From positions 4,596-68,595 of the IMG/VR virus record IMGVR_UViG_3300025168_000072: a stretch of DNA of 64,000 nt; one strand, written 5' to 3'. The stretch is from a virus. The position numbers were made by a program, and so were the translations under genes. The notes under the pieces were generated by a model that searched no databases, was not told the origin of the DNA, and saw only the letters and a program-made list of their open reading frames with translations. This document shows, in pieces, positions 9,243 through 18,783 of the stretch (its first letter is position 1; every line of letters begins with the position of its first letter).

Positions 9243-9395
9243 ATGGTAACAGTGAAAATAAGAATAGATTTAGAATTGGATATTGAAGTAGAAACAGACG
9301 AATTGATGGATGCGACCCTTCGGGATATTATCGCTCAACATATCAAGGACTATTACATGGATGACATTGCAGACAACGCACAGGTGATTGGATGA
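9243..9395 (+). CDS. Small acidic hypothetical protein, 50 aa
   Basis: Hand-translated MVTVKIRIDLELDIEV...; GGAGG RBS; ATGA-coupled to the next ORF. Confidence 0.6.
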   Translation: MVTVKIRIDLELDIEVETDELMDATLRDIIAQHIKDYYMDDIADNAQVIG

Positions 9396-9562
9396 GCGAC
9401 GAGATGGTAAGTGCATTAACAAACATCATCGGCTTATTGGCCGAATGTGATGAAACCTTAGATGATGTCGTTATCGTGAACCGTGATGGTGTCATTGAAG
9501 CCCTTCGTGGTATCATTCAGGATGAATGGATGCGAACAGGTGTTTTGGCGGTGGTTGAATGA
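9392..9562 (+). CDS. Small hypothetical protein, 56 aa
   Basis: Hand-translated MSDEMVSAL...; ATGA overlaps on both sides. Confidence 0.6.
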   Translation: MSDEMVSALTNIIGLLAECDETLDDVVIVNRDGVIEALRGIIQDEWMRTGVLAVVE

Positions 9563-9804
9563 TTACTCTTCACGATTTACTACCTCTTGTCGAAGCCCTT
9601 CGTGGTCTACAATTAGACCAAGTGCAAAGTGTCGCTGACCGCGATACCGACGAGGATAATTACAATTACTCTCACCTTATTACTATTAGGAGAACACTTG
9701 CTCGCTACAATGAAGCGTATGCCCCTTACCTCAACTTTGATGAAGACATTGCTTTCATCAAAGAATTGTTAGAGGAATATGCAAACGAGGTGATGAACGG
9801 ATGA
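9559..9804 (+). CDS. Hypothetical protein
   Basis: Coupled ORF in the chain. Confidence 0.65.
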   Translation: MITLHDLLPLVEALRGLQLDQVQSVADRDTDEDNYNYSHLITIRRTLARYNEAYAPYLNFDEDIAFIKELLEEYANEVMNG

Positions 9805-10070
9805 ACGCAAACGAATTGTTCAAGGGTCTACGAAGAATTAAGAGTAGAGTAAATTACTCGGACTTCATCAAGCACTTCTATGGCGACGACCGGTGCGGCG
9901 AAACATACCGCATGGCCCAATGGACTATGTTCAGGGATAACCTTGTGTCGTTTTGGTGTTACTCCGACAACACTCGCCAAGCACTTGTTGAGTCTTTGGT
10001 TGAGCGACATGCCGCAAAGGAAAAACAAGCCGAAGAACTCTCCGCAGTCATTGACGAGGTGGGCGTTTGA
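9801..10070 (+). CDS. Hypothetical protein
   Basis: GAGGTGA RBS; coupled ORF. Confidence 0.65.
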   Translation: MNANELFKGLRRIKSRVNYSDFIKHFYGDDRCGETYRMAQWTMFRDNLVSFWCYSDNTRQALVESLVERHAAKEKQAEELSAVIDEVGV

Positions 10071-10246
10071 TTGCTAAGTGGCTTGTTAAGCGTTTGTTGC
10101 GAAAGCAGGGTTGGGCTGTATGTCATACATGCGACGATTCTATTGTTCACATCAACAGCGATAACGGGCTATGCGCCCCATGCGAACAGGAGTTCTACAA
10201 AGAACAACAGCGACAATATCATCTTAATCAGGAGGCTTACCAATGA
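10067..10246 (+). CDS. Zn-finger microprotein, 59 aa
   Basis: TTG start overlapping the upstream stop; CHTC...CAPC. Confidence 0.55.
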   Translation: MIAKWLVKRLLRKQGWAVCHTCDDSIVHINSDNGLCAPCEQEFYKEQQRQYHLNQEAYQ

Positions 10247-10359
10247 ACTTCAAATGTTTGAAACCGTTGATTCATTCCCCTCAATTTGAAGGTAAGAAAC
10301 ACTGTAAGACATGCTACACTGAACATATCATTAAGGAAATAACAGGTGAGGAAGAATGA
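10243..10359 (+). CDS. Cys/His microprotein, 38 aa
   Basis: MNFKCLKPLIH...HCKTC...; ATGA overlaps on both sides. Confidence 0.5.
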   Translation: MNFKCLKPLIHSPQFEGKKHCKTCYTEHIIKEITGEEE

Positions 10360-10514
10360 CCGTAAAATTAACTTGTTGTCTTTGCGGTAAGGATGCCGGA
10401 AAATACGGGCATAATGCTCAACCTTTGGCTCAGGGCCGATGTTGCGATTCATGCAACACAGCCGTTATCTACGAGCGACTTACTCAAGCCATGAAAAAGG
10501 ATGGTTCGCTATGA
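10356..10514 (+). CDS. Zn-finger microprotein, 52 aa
   Basis: CCLCG...GHNAQP...GRCCDSCN, a pattern common in small phage proteins. Confidence 0.65.
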   Translation: MTVKLTCCLCGKDAGKYGHNAQPLAQGRCCDSCNTAVIYERLTQAMKKDGSL

Positions 10515-10627
10515 AGTGTGCTTGTGGTGCTTGGCATTGTGATACTATCGGAGTTGCATACTCCTTTGAATGTATCTTTTGTATTGAGAGAGGTATGTGT
10601 TTTCTTTTAAGTGAGGTGGGGCAATGA
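10511..10627 (+). CDS. Cys-rich microprotein, 38 aa
   Basis: MKCACG...CIFC; coupled to RFC. Confidence 0.45.
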   Translation: MKCACGAWHCDTIGVAYSFECIFCIERGMCFLLSEVGQ

Positions 10628-11538
10628 GCGTTTGGGCTACTAAACACCGACCGAGGACTCTACAAGATGTCGTCGGACAGGATGAAATCGTTAATGAATT
10701 AAAGGCAATAGTAAGTGGTAAAGCACCTATGCAACATTACATATTTCATTCTCCCGAAGCCGGAACAGGAAAGACTTCTGTTGCGAATGCTATGGCAACC
10801 GAAATGCGTTGGCAACTCATCATGTTCAATGCGTCTTCTAAGAAAGAGCGAGGTATTGACTTCATCGAAGAAGTTATTATTCCCTTAACAAGAAGTGGTA
10901 TCAAGGAACGGATATTCTTTTTGGATGAAGCCGACCAACTTACTGATGCGGCGCAGTCGGCACTGAAAGGTGTGATAGAAAACGCCAACGGTATTTTCAT
11001 CCTGACATGCAACAACTTGACAAAGGTTTCACGGTGGCTTCAATCTCGATGCCAAGTCCGAACCTTCAAACCGATTCCGCATGATGCAATGGTCGGTAGA
11101 CTGCGAGCGATTGTTACGATGGAGGGAATGCGTAGCCACCTAAGCGGAGGCTTGGAGACACTTGATATTATCGCAAAAGCACATGCCGGTGATTTGAGAA
11201 ATGCTATCGGTGCAACTCAAGCGTATGTTCACATGATTGTTCCCGACCAAGAGAAATTCTTGGATTCTTTAATCACACCAGAATTGAATTACAAATTACT
11301 TTTACGCCTATGTTTCCTTGAGAACGGATTCGATGAGGCATTGAAAATGTTCGTCGGAGAAGTCCGCGAACAAGTGCGTGAGACTTTCCGATACGCCGTC
11401 AATAGCGGTGCTAATGCGGAGTCTAAAATGCAGGTTATCGAAGCCGCAGTAGTGGCCGAGAGAGATATACTCAACGGAGTAGACGCTGAAATAGTGCGCC
11501 ATAACTTCATTAGAATGTTGGTCGGAGGGAGCCAATAA
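10624..11538 (+). CDS. rfcS: Replication factor C small subunit (clamp loader)
   Basis: WATKHRP, VVGQ, AGTGKTS, FNAS..RGID, LDEAD, QSRC and GDLRNAI motifs. Confidence 0.95.
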   Translation: MSVWATKHRPRTLQDVVGQDEIVNELKAIVSGKAPMQHYIFHSPEAGTGKTSVANAMATEMRWQLIMFNASSKKERGIDFIEEVIIPLTRSGIKERIFFLDEADQLTDAAQSALKGVIENANGIFILTCNNLTKVSRWLQSRCQVRTFKPIPHDAMVGRLRAIVTMEGMRSHLSGGLETLDIIAKAHAGDLRNAIGATQAYVHMIVPDQEKFLDSLITPELNYKLLLRLCFLENGFDEALKMFVGEVREQVRETFRYAVNSGANAESKMQVIEAAVVAERDILNGVDAEIVRHNFIRMLVGGSQ

Positions 11539-11590
11539 CAACCTTTTAATACCCCCCAATGAAAACGAATAGATACAGGAAGTGAACCAA

Positions 11591-12820
11591 ATGGTAGCAT
11601 ACGAACAGATGATAGAAAAAGTGGCCGGACAGATTAAAACAACCGTAGAAGCATTATCGGCAAAGGCCGATTTGCTTTTGGCACAAGAAGGTGCAGGTTG
11701 GGAAGCCGCCGGTAAGAATGAAGAACAGCGAAAGGTTTTGGCTCTACGAGTAGCGGCCCGACAAATCTCAAGCGAAAAGGCAAAACTGACCCGTAGTGGT
11801 GCTACTCTCTTTGAGGGTATGTTCGCATCCGTTCCCCGTGAAAAGGATTGGGCGAAGATGGCTTACAACAAGATGAAGAACACTCTCGCAACTATGGATG
11901 AATCAGGTCGTTTGGCCCTTGTTGAACAAGGTGCTATTGTTCTTTACGAGAACAACCACGACGGCACTTACACTCGACACTCCAACCCTTCTTTAATGGC
12001 AAAACAAACTTTTGAAGAAGGCTCAACCTCCGCCGACATTACTTCTCTCCCACCTCGACAAATGGACTTGGATGCAAACACATCCTTCTCTTTGATTTGG
12101 GATAAAAATAACATGACCTTTGCTAATGGTAATGCCAACTTCAAATACGGCTCAAACAGACCGCTTGAAGAACTCGACCGAACATGCTTGTTCTTGGGTC
12201 GAAAGCAAGGAACAAACGATGACCCTGAAATGATTGAAGTTCGCCTCTCCGGTGAACAGGCTAAAATCCAATTCCCGACATTTGTTTGCGGAACCATCGG
12301 TTTGAAACCTGCGGCTAAAGCAGGTCTTTGTTACGGCTCTAAGGCTACTGCCTTTACTGCCGATGACTCGGTGATGGATATTTTCTCCGCCCCGCCTCTC
12401 ATGCTTGACGACGACGGCTCTCCGGTCGGACTTGTCGCTGATTGGCTCGGTAACAACCTGAAACCTTCTATCGAATCGTGTGGTAAAGCATACGCCGAAC
12501 TCGACCAAAAGGCAAAGTGGAACACTCTCTTCGGAACTATTGTCGAAGTCGTTCACATTGACCCACGCGAAAACGGTGGCTTCATCGTTTCTCTTGGCGA
12601 CACTGACATTATGAGCGAGGCCGAAGTAGTCTCTCTCTATGTCCCTGCCGACCAAGAAGGTGAAGTGGACTTCGGAGTTGGTTCGGAACTACTCATCGTT
12701 GGCTCTCCTTGGATTACCCGTGAAGAAGAACTTCGATTCATGGTGAACTCATGGTGGTGTGTCAATCGAATCGCACCTATGGCCGACACTGAAACAGTAG
12801 ACGGCGACGGTTGGGATTGA
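11591..12820 (+). CDS. Putative single-stranded DNA-binding (RPA/OB-fold) protein
   Basis: Beta-rich C-terminal OB-like segment (GTIVEVVHID...FGVGSELLIVG), acidic-aromatic tail DGDGWD, and replication context. Confidence 0.5.
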   Translation: MVAYEQMIEKVAGQIKTTVEALSAKADLLLAQEGAGWEAAGKNEEQRKVLALRVAARQISSEKAKLTRSGATLFEGMFASVPREKDWAKMAYNKMKNTLATMDESGRLALVEQGAIVLYENNHDGTYTRHSNPSLMAKQTFEEGSTSADITSLPPRQMDLDANTSFSLIWDKNNMTFANGNANFKYGSNRPLEELDRTCLFLGRKQGTNDDPEMIEVRLSGEQAKIQFPTFVCGTIGLKPAAKAGLCYGSKATAFTADDSVMDIFSAPPLMLDDDGSPVGLVADWLGNNLKPSIESCGKAYAELDQKAKWNTLFGTIVEVVHIDPRENGGFIVSLGDTDIMSEAEVVSLYVPADQEGEVDFGVGSELLIVGSPWITREEELRFMVNSWWCVNRIAPMADTETVDGDGWD

Positions 12821-12849
12821 AACAAACATAACTTCAGGGGGAAAAGTAA

Positions 12850-14421
12850 ATGTCAAATGTTATCAAAGAAGGAACTAAAGATGCTATGTATGCGGCGGTA
12901 GATGCTATCTCCGACGCTATCAGTGGCACTCTTGGCCCATGCGCTAAGACTGTTGTTGTTTCAGGAGACGGCACTCGCCCTCCGAGAATACTCAACGACG
13001 GTGTTTCTATCGTGAATGCTGTGCGTTCCGATGACCCCGCAACCCAAACGGCAATATCTCTTTTCCGCCAAATCAGTAACGAAGCGCAACAAGCATCCGG
13101 CGACGGCACTACGACCGCTACCGTTCTCGCTCGCGCTATGGTTGATTACTCCAAGACACATTATGATAGTTTAGACATAAAAGGAATACAGGCCGACTTA
13201 GATGTTATCCTTCACCACATAGAGAACTCTTCGGAGGAACTCGACATTGACAACGAAGACGACGAATCTCGCATACAAGCGGTCGCTACCATAGCGGCCA
13301 ACAACGATGAATACTTAGGTGAATTGATTAGCGATATGTTCATCAATACCGGTGTAGATTGTATGGTGAATTTGAAAGTCGGTAGTGAAGACTGTTCCTC
13401 ATGGAGTAGAGAATCAGGGTTCAATATACCTGCCGGTTTCGCCTCTCCTATGTTCGCAAACACACCGAAGAAAGAATGTGTGTTTGACGACCCTCTTATC
13501 ATCCTCGCTGACGAAGTGATTGAAGACTTCGACAAATTGACACCTGCTCTTGAAGTGGCTATCGAAAACAGTAGACCAATTGTTTTCATGGTGAACGACA
13601 TTAAAGGAATTGCGTTGTCGAATCTAATTGCTAATACATTAGGGGGAATAGTAAATGCTTGTGCTATCCGAATGCCGAAAGGTGGTTACGATAGTGCGGC
13701 TTGGTTCAAAGATACCCAAGTGTTCTCCGGTTCGGGAACTCTCTTTATCGGGTTCGGTGAAGATGACCCATTGGGTATTCAAAATGCTAAGGCAGGTTCA
13801 GGACACTTCGGAACTTGTGATAGAATTATCGTAAAAGAAAAGACTACGCATTTGATTCTCTCTCAAGAAAGTAAGACTCAAGAATACAGAATCTCTATGG
13901 CCGAACACTTCGGTGGTTTGGGTCTACAAGGCGACAATGCCGAGCATTCCTTCGACAAGGAAAAGATACTTACAAGAATGAGCCGCCTTAGCGGAACAGC
14001 CGCTACAATCCATGTCGGCGGTGTAACCGAATTAGAAATCCGTGAAACGCGTGAGCGTATTGACGATGCCGTGAACGCTACTCGCCTCGCCCTCAAGGGT
14101 GGTGTTGTAGCCGGTGGCGGTTGGTGTCTTGTTCAGGTGTTGCGTGAAATTTACCACACCAATGAAGGTAGAGGTGTAAACAACTACAATATGTGGGTGG
14201 GTGTGCTTACTGCCCCTTACCGACAAATCCTAACCAACGCAGGGTTTGAACCTGTCATTAAAGACCACTTGACTTACAGATTCCTTGACGCTTTGACATT
14301 GGAGGATTCAACAAAAGAAATCCTCGACCCAAAGCAGGTCGTCATCAACAGCCTAAAGGCGGCTGTGTCTATTGTTTCCCTAATACTTAACACCGATACA
14401 ATGGTTATCGTTGGGGAATAA
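12850..14421 (+). CDS. groEL: Group I (GroEL-type) chaperonin
   Basis: TLGP, NDGVSI, GDGTTTATVLA, GFASPMF, VGGVTELE..E...RIDDAVNATR, GVVAGGG and LDP..V motifs. Confidence 0.92.
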   Translation: MSNVIKEGTKDAMYAAVDAISDAISGTLGPCAKTVVVSGDGTRPPRILNDGVSIVNAVRSDDPATQTAISLFRQISNEAQQASGDGTTTATVLARAMVDYSKTHYDSLDIKGIQADLDVILHHIENSSEELDIDNEDDESRIQAVATIAANNDEYLGELISDMFINTGVDCMVNLKVGSEDCSSWSRESGFNIPAGFASPMFANTPKKECVFDDPLIILADEVIEDFDKLTPALEVAIENSRPIVFMVNDIKGIALSNLIANTLGGIVNACAIRMPKGGYDSAAWFKDTQVFSGSGTLFIGFGEDDPLGIQNAKAGSGHFGTCDRIIVKEKTTHLILSQESKTQEYRISMAEHFGGLGLQGDNAEHSFDKEKILTRMSRLSGTAATIHVGGVTELEIRETRERIDDAVNATRLALKGGVVAGGGWCLVQVLREIYHTNEGRGVNNYNMWVGVLTAPYRQILTNAGFEPVIKDHLTYRFLDALTLEDSTKEILDPKQVVINSLKAAVSIVSLILNTDTMVIVGE

Positions 14422-14456
14422 CTACCCTTATATAGAATCAAATAGGAGAGAATAAT

Positions 14457-15398
14457 ATGTCGTGGAACACCAACAAAAAGACGAGCGCACCGACCCCTGA
14501 AAAGGTGGGGTTCGGCAAAGAATACTACCGAAATATGTTTGAGAACAATACGGCCCAATCCGTTCCTGTTCGCTGTGCTTTGGTTGCCAAAGAAAACTGT
14601 GCCAAGACCGGACTCGCTATCAGTCTGTCTCGCCAAGTAAACGCAAAGGGTAAAATCTATGTCATTGATGTAGACAACTCCGCTAAGGCCACCATTGATG
14701 AAGCATACCCGAAAGACAAGGACATCATCGTTCTACCTCTTTTGGATGAGCGAGACGACTCAATTTTCAATGAGGATTCGACCGTTGATTATGCGGCCCT
14801 CACTGACAAAATGAATATGTATACGAACATTATTGCCGAGAAAATCAAAGAAGGTGAAAACATTACCGGAATAGTATTTGACGGTGGTTCAACTTATCTC
14901 AAGTGGTGTGAACACGCTATGACTGCTGTTCTACTACGCAAAGGAACAATCAAAGAAGAAGGTGATGCTTTCAACCAGAAGGAATGGCGAACCCGAAATC
15001 AACTGTTCCGCCAAACCATGACTCGACTTCATGGACTCGCTGTGCCTTCGGTGTTCTTTACTTTTCACCTAAAGGATGTCTCAAATTATGTAGACAATGG
15101 TTCCGGTGGTAAAGTGCTAATGAAGATTGGCGACAAACCTGATTGGGACAAAGGCACTATGCGTTTGTTCTCTCAACAGATATTCCTTGCTCGATACATG
15201 AAGAAGGCCGACTCCGCCGTTGGTGTCAAGGCCGACCCAACGCTCAAGAACACTGACGATTGGGTTGTCAAGGCGACCCTTGAAGAAATCAAAGGTAAGC
15301 ACATGCAAATGGTCGGAGAAACACACACTATCCTTTCAGTTATTAAGGGTAAAGTAAAGTGGGATGGACTACCTATGCTTACATGGGGTGATGAATAA
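14457..15398 (+). CDS. RecA/RadA-superfamily (Sak4/AAA_24-like) ATPase
   Basis: Degenerate Walker A AKENCAKT, YVIDVD, Walker B IVFDG, and FFTFH. Confidence 0.7.
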   Translation: MSWNTNKKTSAPTPEKVGFGKEYYRNMFENNTAQSVPVRCALVAKENCAKTGLAISLSRQVNAKGKIYVIDVDNSAKATIDEAYPKDKDIIVLPLLDERDDSIFNEDSTVDYAALTDKMNMYTNIIAEKIKEGENITGIVFDGGSTYLKWCEHAMTAVLLRKGTIKEEGDAFNQKEWRTRNQLFRQTMTRLHGLAVPSVFFTFHLKDVSNYVDNGSGGKVLMKIGDKPDWDKGTMRLFSQQIFLARYMKKADSAVGVKADPTLKNTDDWVVKATLEEIKGKHMQMVGETHTILSVIKGKVKWDGLPMLTWGDE

Positions 15399-15658
15399 TG
15401 TCGAATAAAGATGACGAACTTACTTCTTTGCTTGTGTCGAATATCGAATTGATAGGAACTCGACTTGACCTAATCAACGAGAGGATGGAGAGAATGATGA
15501 AGCGTGTAGAATCGCTTGAAATCGACAACCTCCCGTTGAACGATGTCAATTTGTTGAAACAAGCCGTCGAAGAAATCCAACAGGAATACGAAGCACCGGC
15601 AACTCGATTCACATATCATGTGCCATCCGTCTTCAACAAGAAGGGGGCTAAACAATGA
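15398..15658 (+). CDS. Small coiled-coil protein
   Basis: Heptad pattern; coupled to both neighbours. Confidence 0.65.
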   Translation: MSNKDDELTSLLVSNIELIGTRLDLINERMERMMKRVESLEIDNLPLNDVNLLKQAVEEIQQEYEAPATRFTYHVPSVFNKKGAKQ

Positions 15659-16485
15659 ACATCAGTAACAATTCCCTGAAACACATGCTCATCACGACCA
15701 AGCGAAAGCAAACGGTCGCAGGTAAAGCGCAGTCGCAGGTGGAGTCTTGTTTGTTGAAGGTAGAGGCTAACATTGCTTCTATCACTTCTCTCACTAAGGA
15801 CTTGACCGGACTTACGCATGTTCAATGTGATGCTAACGGTTACGATTGGAACGGAACATTCCCTATTCCTGACATTGACCGAGTGCTTGGTATCTTGGCC
15901 CTTCACGGTGCTAATGTAGAACTTGCTTACAATGCCGGTAAAAATAAATTGGTATTCAAAAGTGGTTCTAAACAAACAACCCTCGACGCTTCTCCTGATG
16001 CTTTGGCGTTCTCACATAGCCAAGATACAATTAGCGACCATACAAGCCGCAGTAATGACCTCGCAGGGCGTATCAACGCTATGGGTGGAGTCTACACTAC
16101 TGCCGACGGTAACGAGATACAGTCAATCGCTTGTTACACTGTTAATTCTACTGAAATGTTTGAAGCACTACGATGCGATAACATGAACGGACAGAAGTTT
16201 AACCGTTATACTTTTTCGGGTGAAGACAAAGGACTTAGCGTTCTTGTTGGCGACCCATCTATCGGCGGAGAAACCTTGACCGCAATACAGGTTGAAGGTC
16301 TTTCACCGGTTGAACCGAAGGCTTGGGAATGGTCTTTCGACGGTGGACTTGATGAATTGTTCAAGCAATTTTCAGGCCCCTGCAACATCCACATATTTGA
16401 CTTTACAGAACACGGACAAGGAATGCGTATGGCTATTGGTTTTCACAACGGCTGTTGGGCTTTTCAGTCCGGTATTCTTGAATGA
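15655..16485 (+). CDS. Divergent PCNA-like sliding clamp
   Basis: 276 aa with two repeats of the clamp helix/strand pattern (SCLLKV..ASITSLTKDLTGLTHV...IPDIDRVLGIL...VELAY..KLVFKS); RFC and PolB are nearby. Confidence 0.6.
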   Translation: MNISNNSLKHMLITTKRKQTVAGKAQSQVESCLLKVEANIASITSLTKDLTGLTHVQCDANGYDWNGTFPIPDIDRVLGILALHGANVELAYNAGKNKLVFKSGSKQTTLDASPDALAFSHSQDTISDHTSRSNDLAGRINAMGGVYTTADGNEIQSIACYTVNSTEMFEALRCDNMNGQKFNRYTFSGEDKGLSVLVGDPSIGGETLTAIQVEGLSPVEPKAWEWSFDGGLDELFKQFSGPCNIHIFDFTEHGQGMRMAIGFHNGCWAFQSGILE

Positions 16486-16928
16486 TGCTAACATGGGAGG
16501 GGATTCGGTTGTCGAAAGATGATGAAAAGGTGCTTAACAATCCTCCACAAATGGATTCTGCGGGGAACTCGGTTTTCGCCTCGCGCACATCCTCCCGCCA
16601 TTTAGCAAACGGTCTACGCAACGGCACTATGATGAAGTCGCTGACCCAAAATCAATCCTTTGAATTGGTAGAGGCACTACACGGTCATGTCTCAAGTAGA
16701 AAATTGTATTTGAAAGTAGCATGTTTGGCTGTTCTAAAATACGATTCTTCAGGAGAGCCTTTGTCTCCGGCGGAGGTAGCGAACCGTTCTCGTAAATATA
16801 CTCAAAAGAACTGCACTATGTCGCCAAGAACATGCGCGAGCGTCTTGGCTATGTTGAGTCGCTTGGGTCTTATTGGTAGAACTCCACGAAAACCGTTTCA
16901 TTATTGGTGGGGTGTAGATGGAAATTGA
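16482..16928 (+). CDS. Putative wHTH protein
   Basis: PLSPAEVA...SPRTCASVLAMLSRLGLI...YWW. Confidence 0.6.
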   Translation: MMLTWEGIRLSKDDEKVLNNPPQMDSAGNSVFASRTSSRHLANGLRNGTMMKSLTQNQSFELVEALHGHVSSRKLYLKVACLAVLKYDSSGEPLSPAEVANRSRKYTQKNCTMSPRTCASVLAMLSRLGLIGRTPRKPFHYWWGVDGN

Positions 16929-18072
16929 TATTCTAAACGGCGACTGCATAGAAATGATGAAGAGTCTACCGGATAACTGCGTAGATACCTGCATTACCTC
17001 TCCGCCTTATTGGGGTCTTCGTGACTACGGAGGCGGCGGTAAGGTTTGGGGGGGCGACCCTGAATGCGAATGTGATTGGGAGGGTTACGAGCGACCGAGT
17101 GAAAATACCCGTAATAATAACAATTCACTACAATTGAAATCCGCATATTGGGAACCTCAAGAACAGGCTAACTGTAAACACTGTGATGCTTGGTTCGGAC
17201 AACTCGGACTTGAGCCGACCATAGAACAGTATGTTAAAAATATGGTAGAAGTATTCTCTCATGTTCACCGAATTCTCAAACCCGAAGGCACACTATGGTT
17301 GAATCTCGGTGATTCATACGCGAGTGGAAAAAGTAGATACTCTACTAAGAATAACACTATTGCCGGTGGCGGAAAACATGAGAAATTTGGCTCACTACAA
17401 GAGGGCAACAGGCCCGATGTAAAGTCTCATCCCGTTCTCAAGGACAAGGATTTGGTCGGCGTTCCTTGGAGGGTCGCATTTGCACTACAAGAAGCCGGTT
17501 GGTGGCTACGACAAGACATCATATGGGCCAAGCCCAATTGTATGCCTGAATCGGTCAAAGACCGTTGCACCAAGAACCATGAATATATGTTCCTTCTCAC
17601 TAAGTCTCACAAGTATTACTTCGACAACGAGGCTATCAAAGAAAATACGGTAAAAAAAGCCGACAAGAGAAAGTCGGCGTTTACCTATGCCGACAACGAA
17701 GAATGGGCTAAGGACAAAGACGCATCCAGAATCAGTAAGGCGAAGGGGATTGCCGAAGCGAGAACTAAGAATTACGCTAAAAGAAACAAGCGTAGTGTTT
17801 GGTGGGTCGGCCCGAAACCATTCCCCGAAGCACACTTCGCCGTATTCCCTATCGAACTGATTGAACCCTGCATCCTCGCCGGTAGTCCGGTCGGAGGAAC
17901 GGTGTTTGACCCCTTCGGTGGTTCAGGCACTACTGCCATTGCCGCTATCAAGCATGGTCGCAACGCTATCCTTACAGAATTAAGCGAAAAGTATATCGAG
18001 ATTGCCGAGAAGCGGATTGCCGACTTCAAAGCGCAACAAGGACTTGACAAGAAGAATGTTCAGTGGTTGTAA
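16918..18072 (+). CDS. Beta-class DNA methyltransferase (N4-cytosine type, SPPY)
   Basis: GDC, TSPPYW, LKPEGTLWLNLGDSY, IIWAKPN, HFAVFP and DPFGGSGTT motifs; ends KKNVQWL. Confidence 0.95.
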   Translation: MEIDILNGDCIEMMKSLPDNCVDTCITSPPYWGLRDYGGGGKVWGGDPECECDWEGYERPSENTRNNNNSLQLKSAYWEPQEQANCKHCDAWFGQLGLEPTIEQYVKNMVEVFSHVHRILKPEGTLWLNLGDSYASGKSRYSTKNNTIAGGGKHEKFGSLQEGNRPDVKSHPVLKDKDLVGVPWRVAFALQEAGWWLRQDIIWAKPNCMPESVKDRCTKNHEYMFLLTKSHKYYFDNEAIKENTVKKADKRKSAFTYADNEEWAKDKDASRISKAKGIAEARTKNYAKRNKRSVWWVGPKPFPEAHFAVFPIELIEPCILAGSPVGGTVFDPFGGSGTTAIAAIKHGRNAILTELSEKYIEIAEKRIADFKAQQGLDKKNVQWL

Positions 18073-18227
18073 TGTCTACCGGCAACGCCCGTAAATGTCT
18101 CCGCAGGTGTAGTGGGTGTGGTAGAACAATGATAACTAAGTCTACATCACACCGACCTTGGATTAACGGTAAAAGATACCAATGTGGAATTTGGCGAGTG
18201 GCCGACAAAGAAAGAAGAATACTTTAA
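18072..18227 (+). CDS. Zn-finger microprotein, 51 aa (paralog of 52309-52452)
   Basis: MSTGNARKCLRRCSGCG...TSHRPW...YQCGIWRV. Confidence 0.6.
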   Translation: MSTGNARKCLRRCSGCGRTMITKSTSHRPWINGKRYQCGIWRVADKERRIL

Positions 18228-18285
18228 TTGGGTTTATAGGGTTCATAGATAACTCTTATATACGCCGCCATTAGTGGTATTATTC

Positions 18286-18594
18286 ATGGTAACTGTAAAC
18301 CTCGACGGGGCAAGACATAATATCCCCGTAACGCTTGAAGAAATGAACAAAGAAAAATTGGTTTATCACACTATGCCGAGTGGCGAACAAGTAGTGATAA
18401 ATGTGTCATACAATGTCATACCTGACAAACCAATGTATCGCGATGCTCAATGGTTGAACGAAGAATACACCGTCAAGGCACGAACAATTCAATCAATAGC
18501 AAGTCAATTCGGTTTGACCCCTATGAGTATTCACGGATGGCTCAAAAAGTTAGACATCCCTACCAGAAGTCGTGGTCGTCGGAAGGGTCTTTGA
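18286..18594 (+). CDS. HTH DNA-binding protein
   Basis: WLNEEY..KARTIQSIASQFGLTPMSIHGWLKKLDIPTR; TATA box upstream at about 18255. Confidence 0.75.
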   Translation: MVTVNLDGARHNIPVTLEEMNKEKLVYHTMPSGEQVVINVSYNVIPDKPMYRDAQWLNEEYTVKARTIQSIASQFGLTPMSIHGWLKKLDIPTRSRGRRKGL

Positions 18595-18749
18595 TGGTAA
18601 ATTGTTGGTTCTGTAACGAAACAATGATTTGGGATAACGACTTTGAACCTATCGACATCGGCATGGCCGGTGAAGGTGTTGTTTCAATGTTGCATTGTAA
18701 ATCGGAATCGTGCGACTGCAACGCATATTTTATCAAAACAACCGAATGA
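18594..18749 (+). CDS. Zn-finger microprotein, 51 aa
   Basis: MVNCWFCNETMIWDND...LHC....C. Confidence 0.6.
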   Translation: MVNCWFCNETMIWDNDFEPIDIGMAGEGVVSMLHCKSESCDCNAYFIKTTE

Positions 18750-18770
18750 CTACCCTTATATACCCCCCCA
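18750..18770 (+). promoter_or_regulatory. Archaeal TATA promoter, ACCCTTATATACCCC class
   Basis: TACCCTTATATACCCCCC upstream of polB; near-identical copy at about 22899 and related copies at about 11541, 14423 and 18252. Confidence 0.7.
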
Positions 18771-18783
18771 CTAATTGTTAATT

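Noticed and set aside
10071-10289. 72-aa ORF from the track
   Set aside because: The alternative-frame ORFs 10067-10246 and 10243-10359 have coupled starts/stops and Cys motifs, so they are more credible.
15380-16928. C-termini such as WGDE and WGVDGN as a second peptide motif
   Set aside because: They are explained by overlapping GGGGTG/GGTGA ribosome-binding sites of the next gene.
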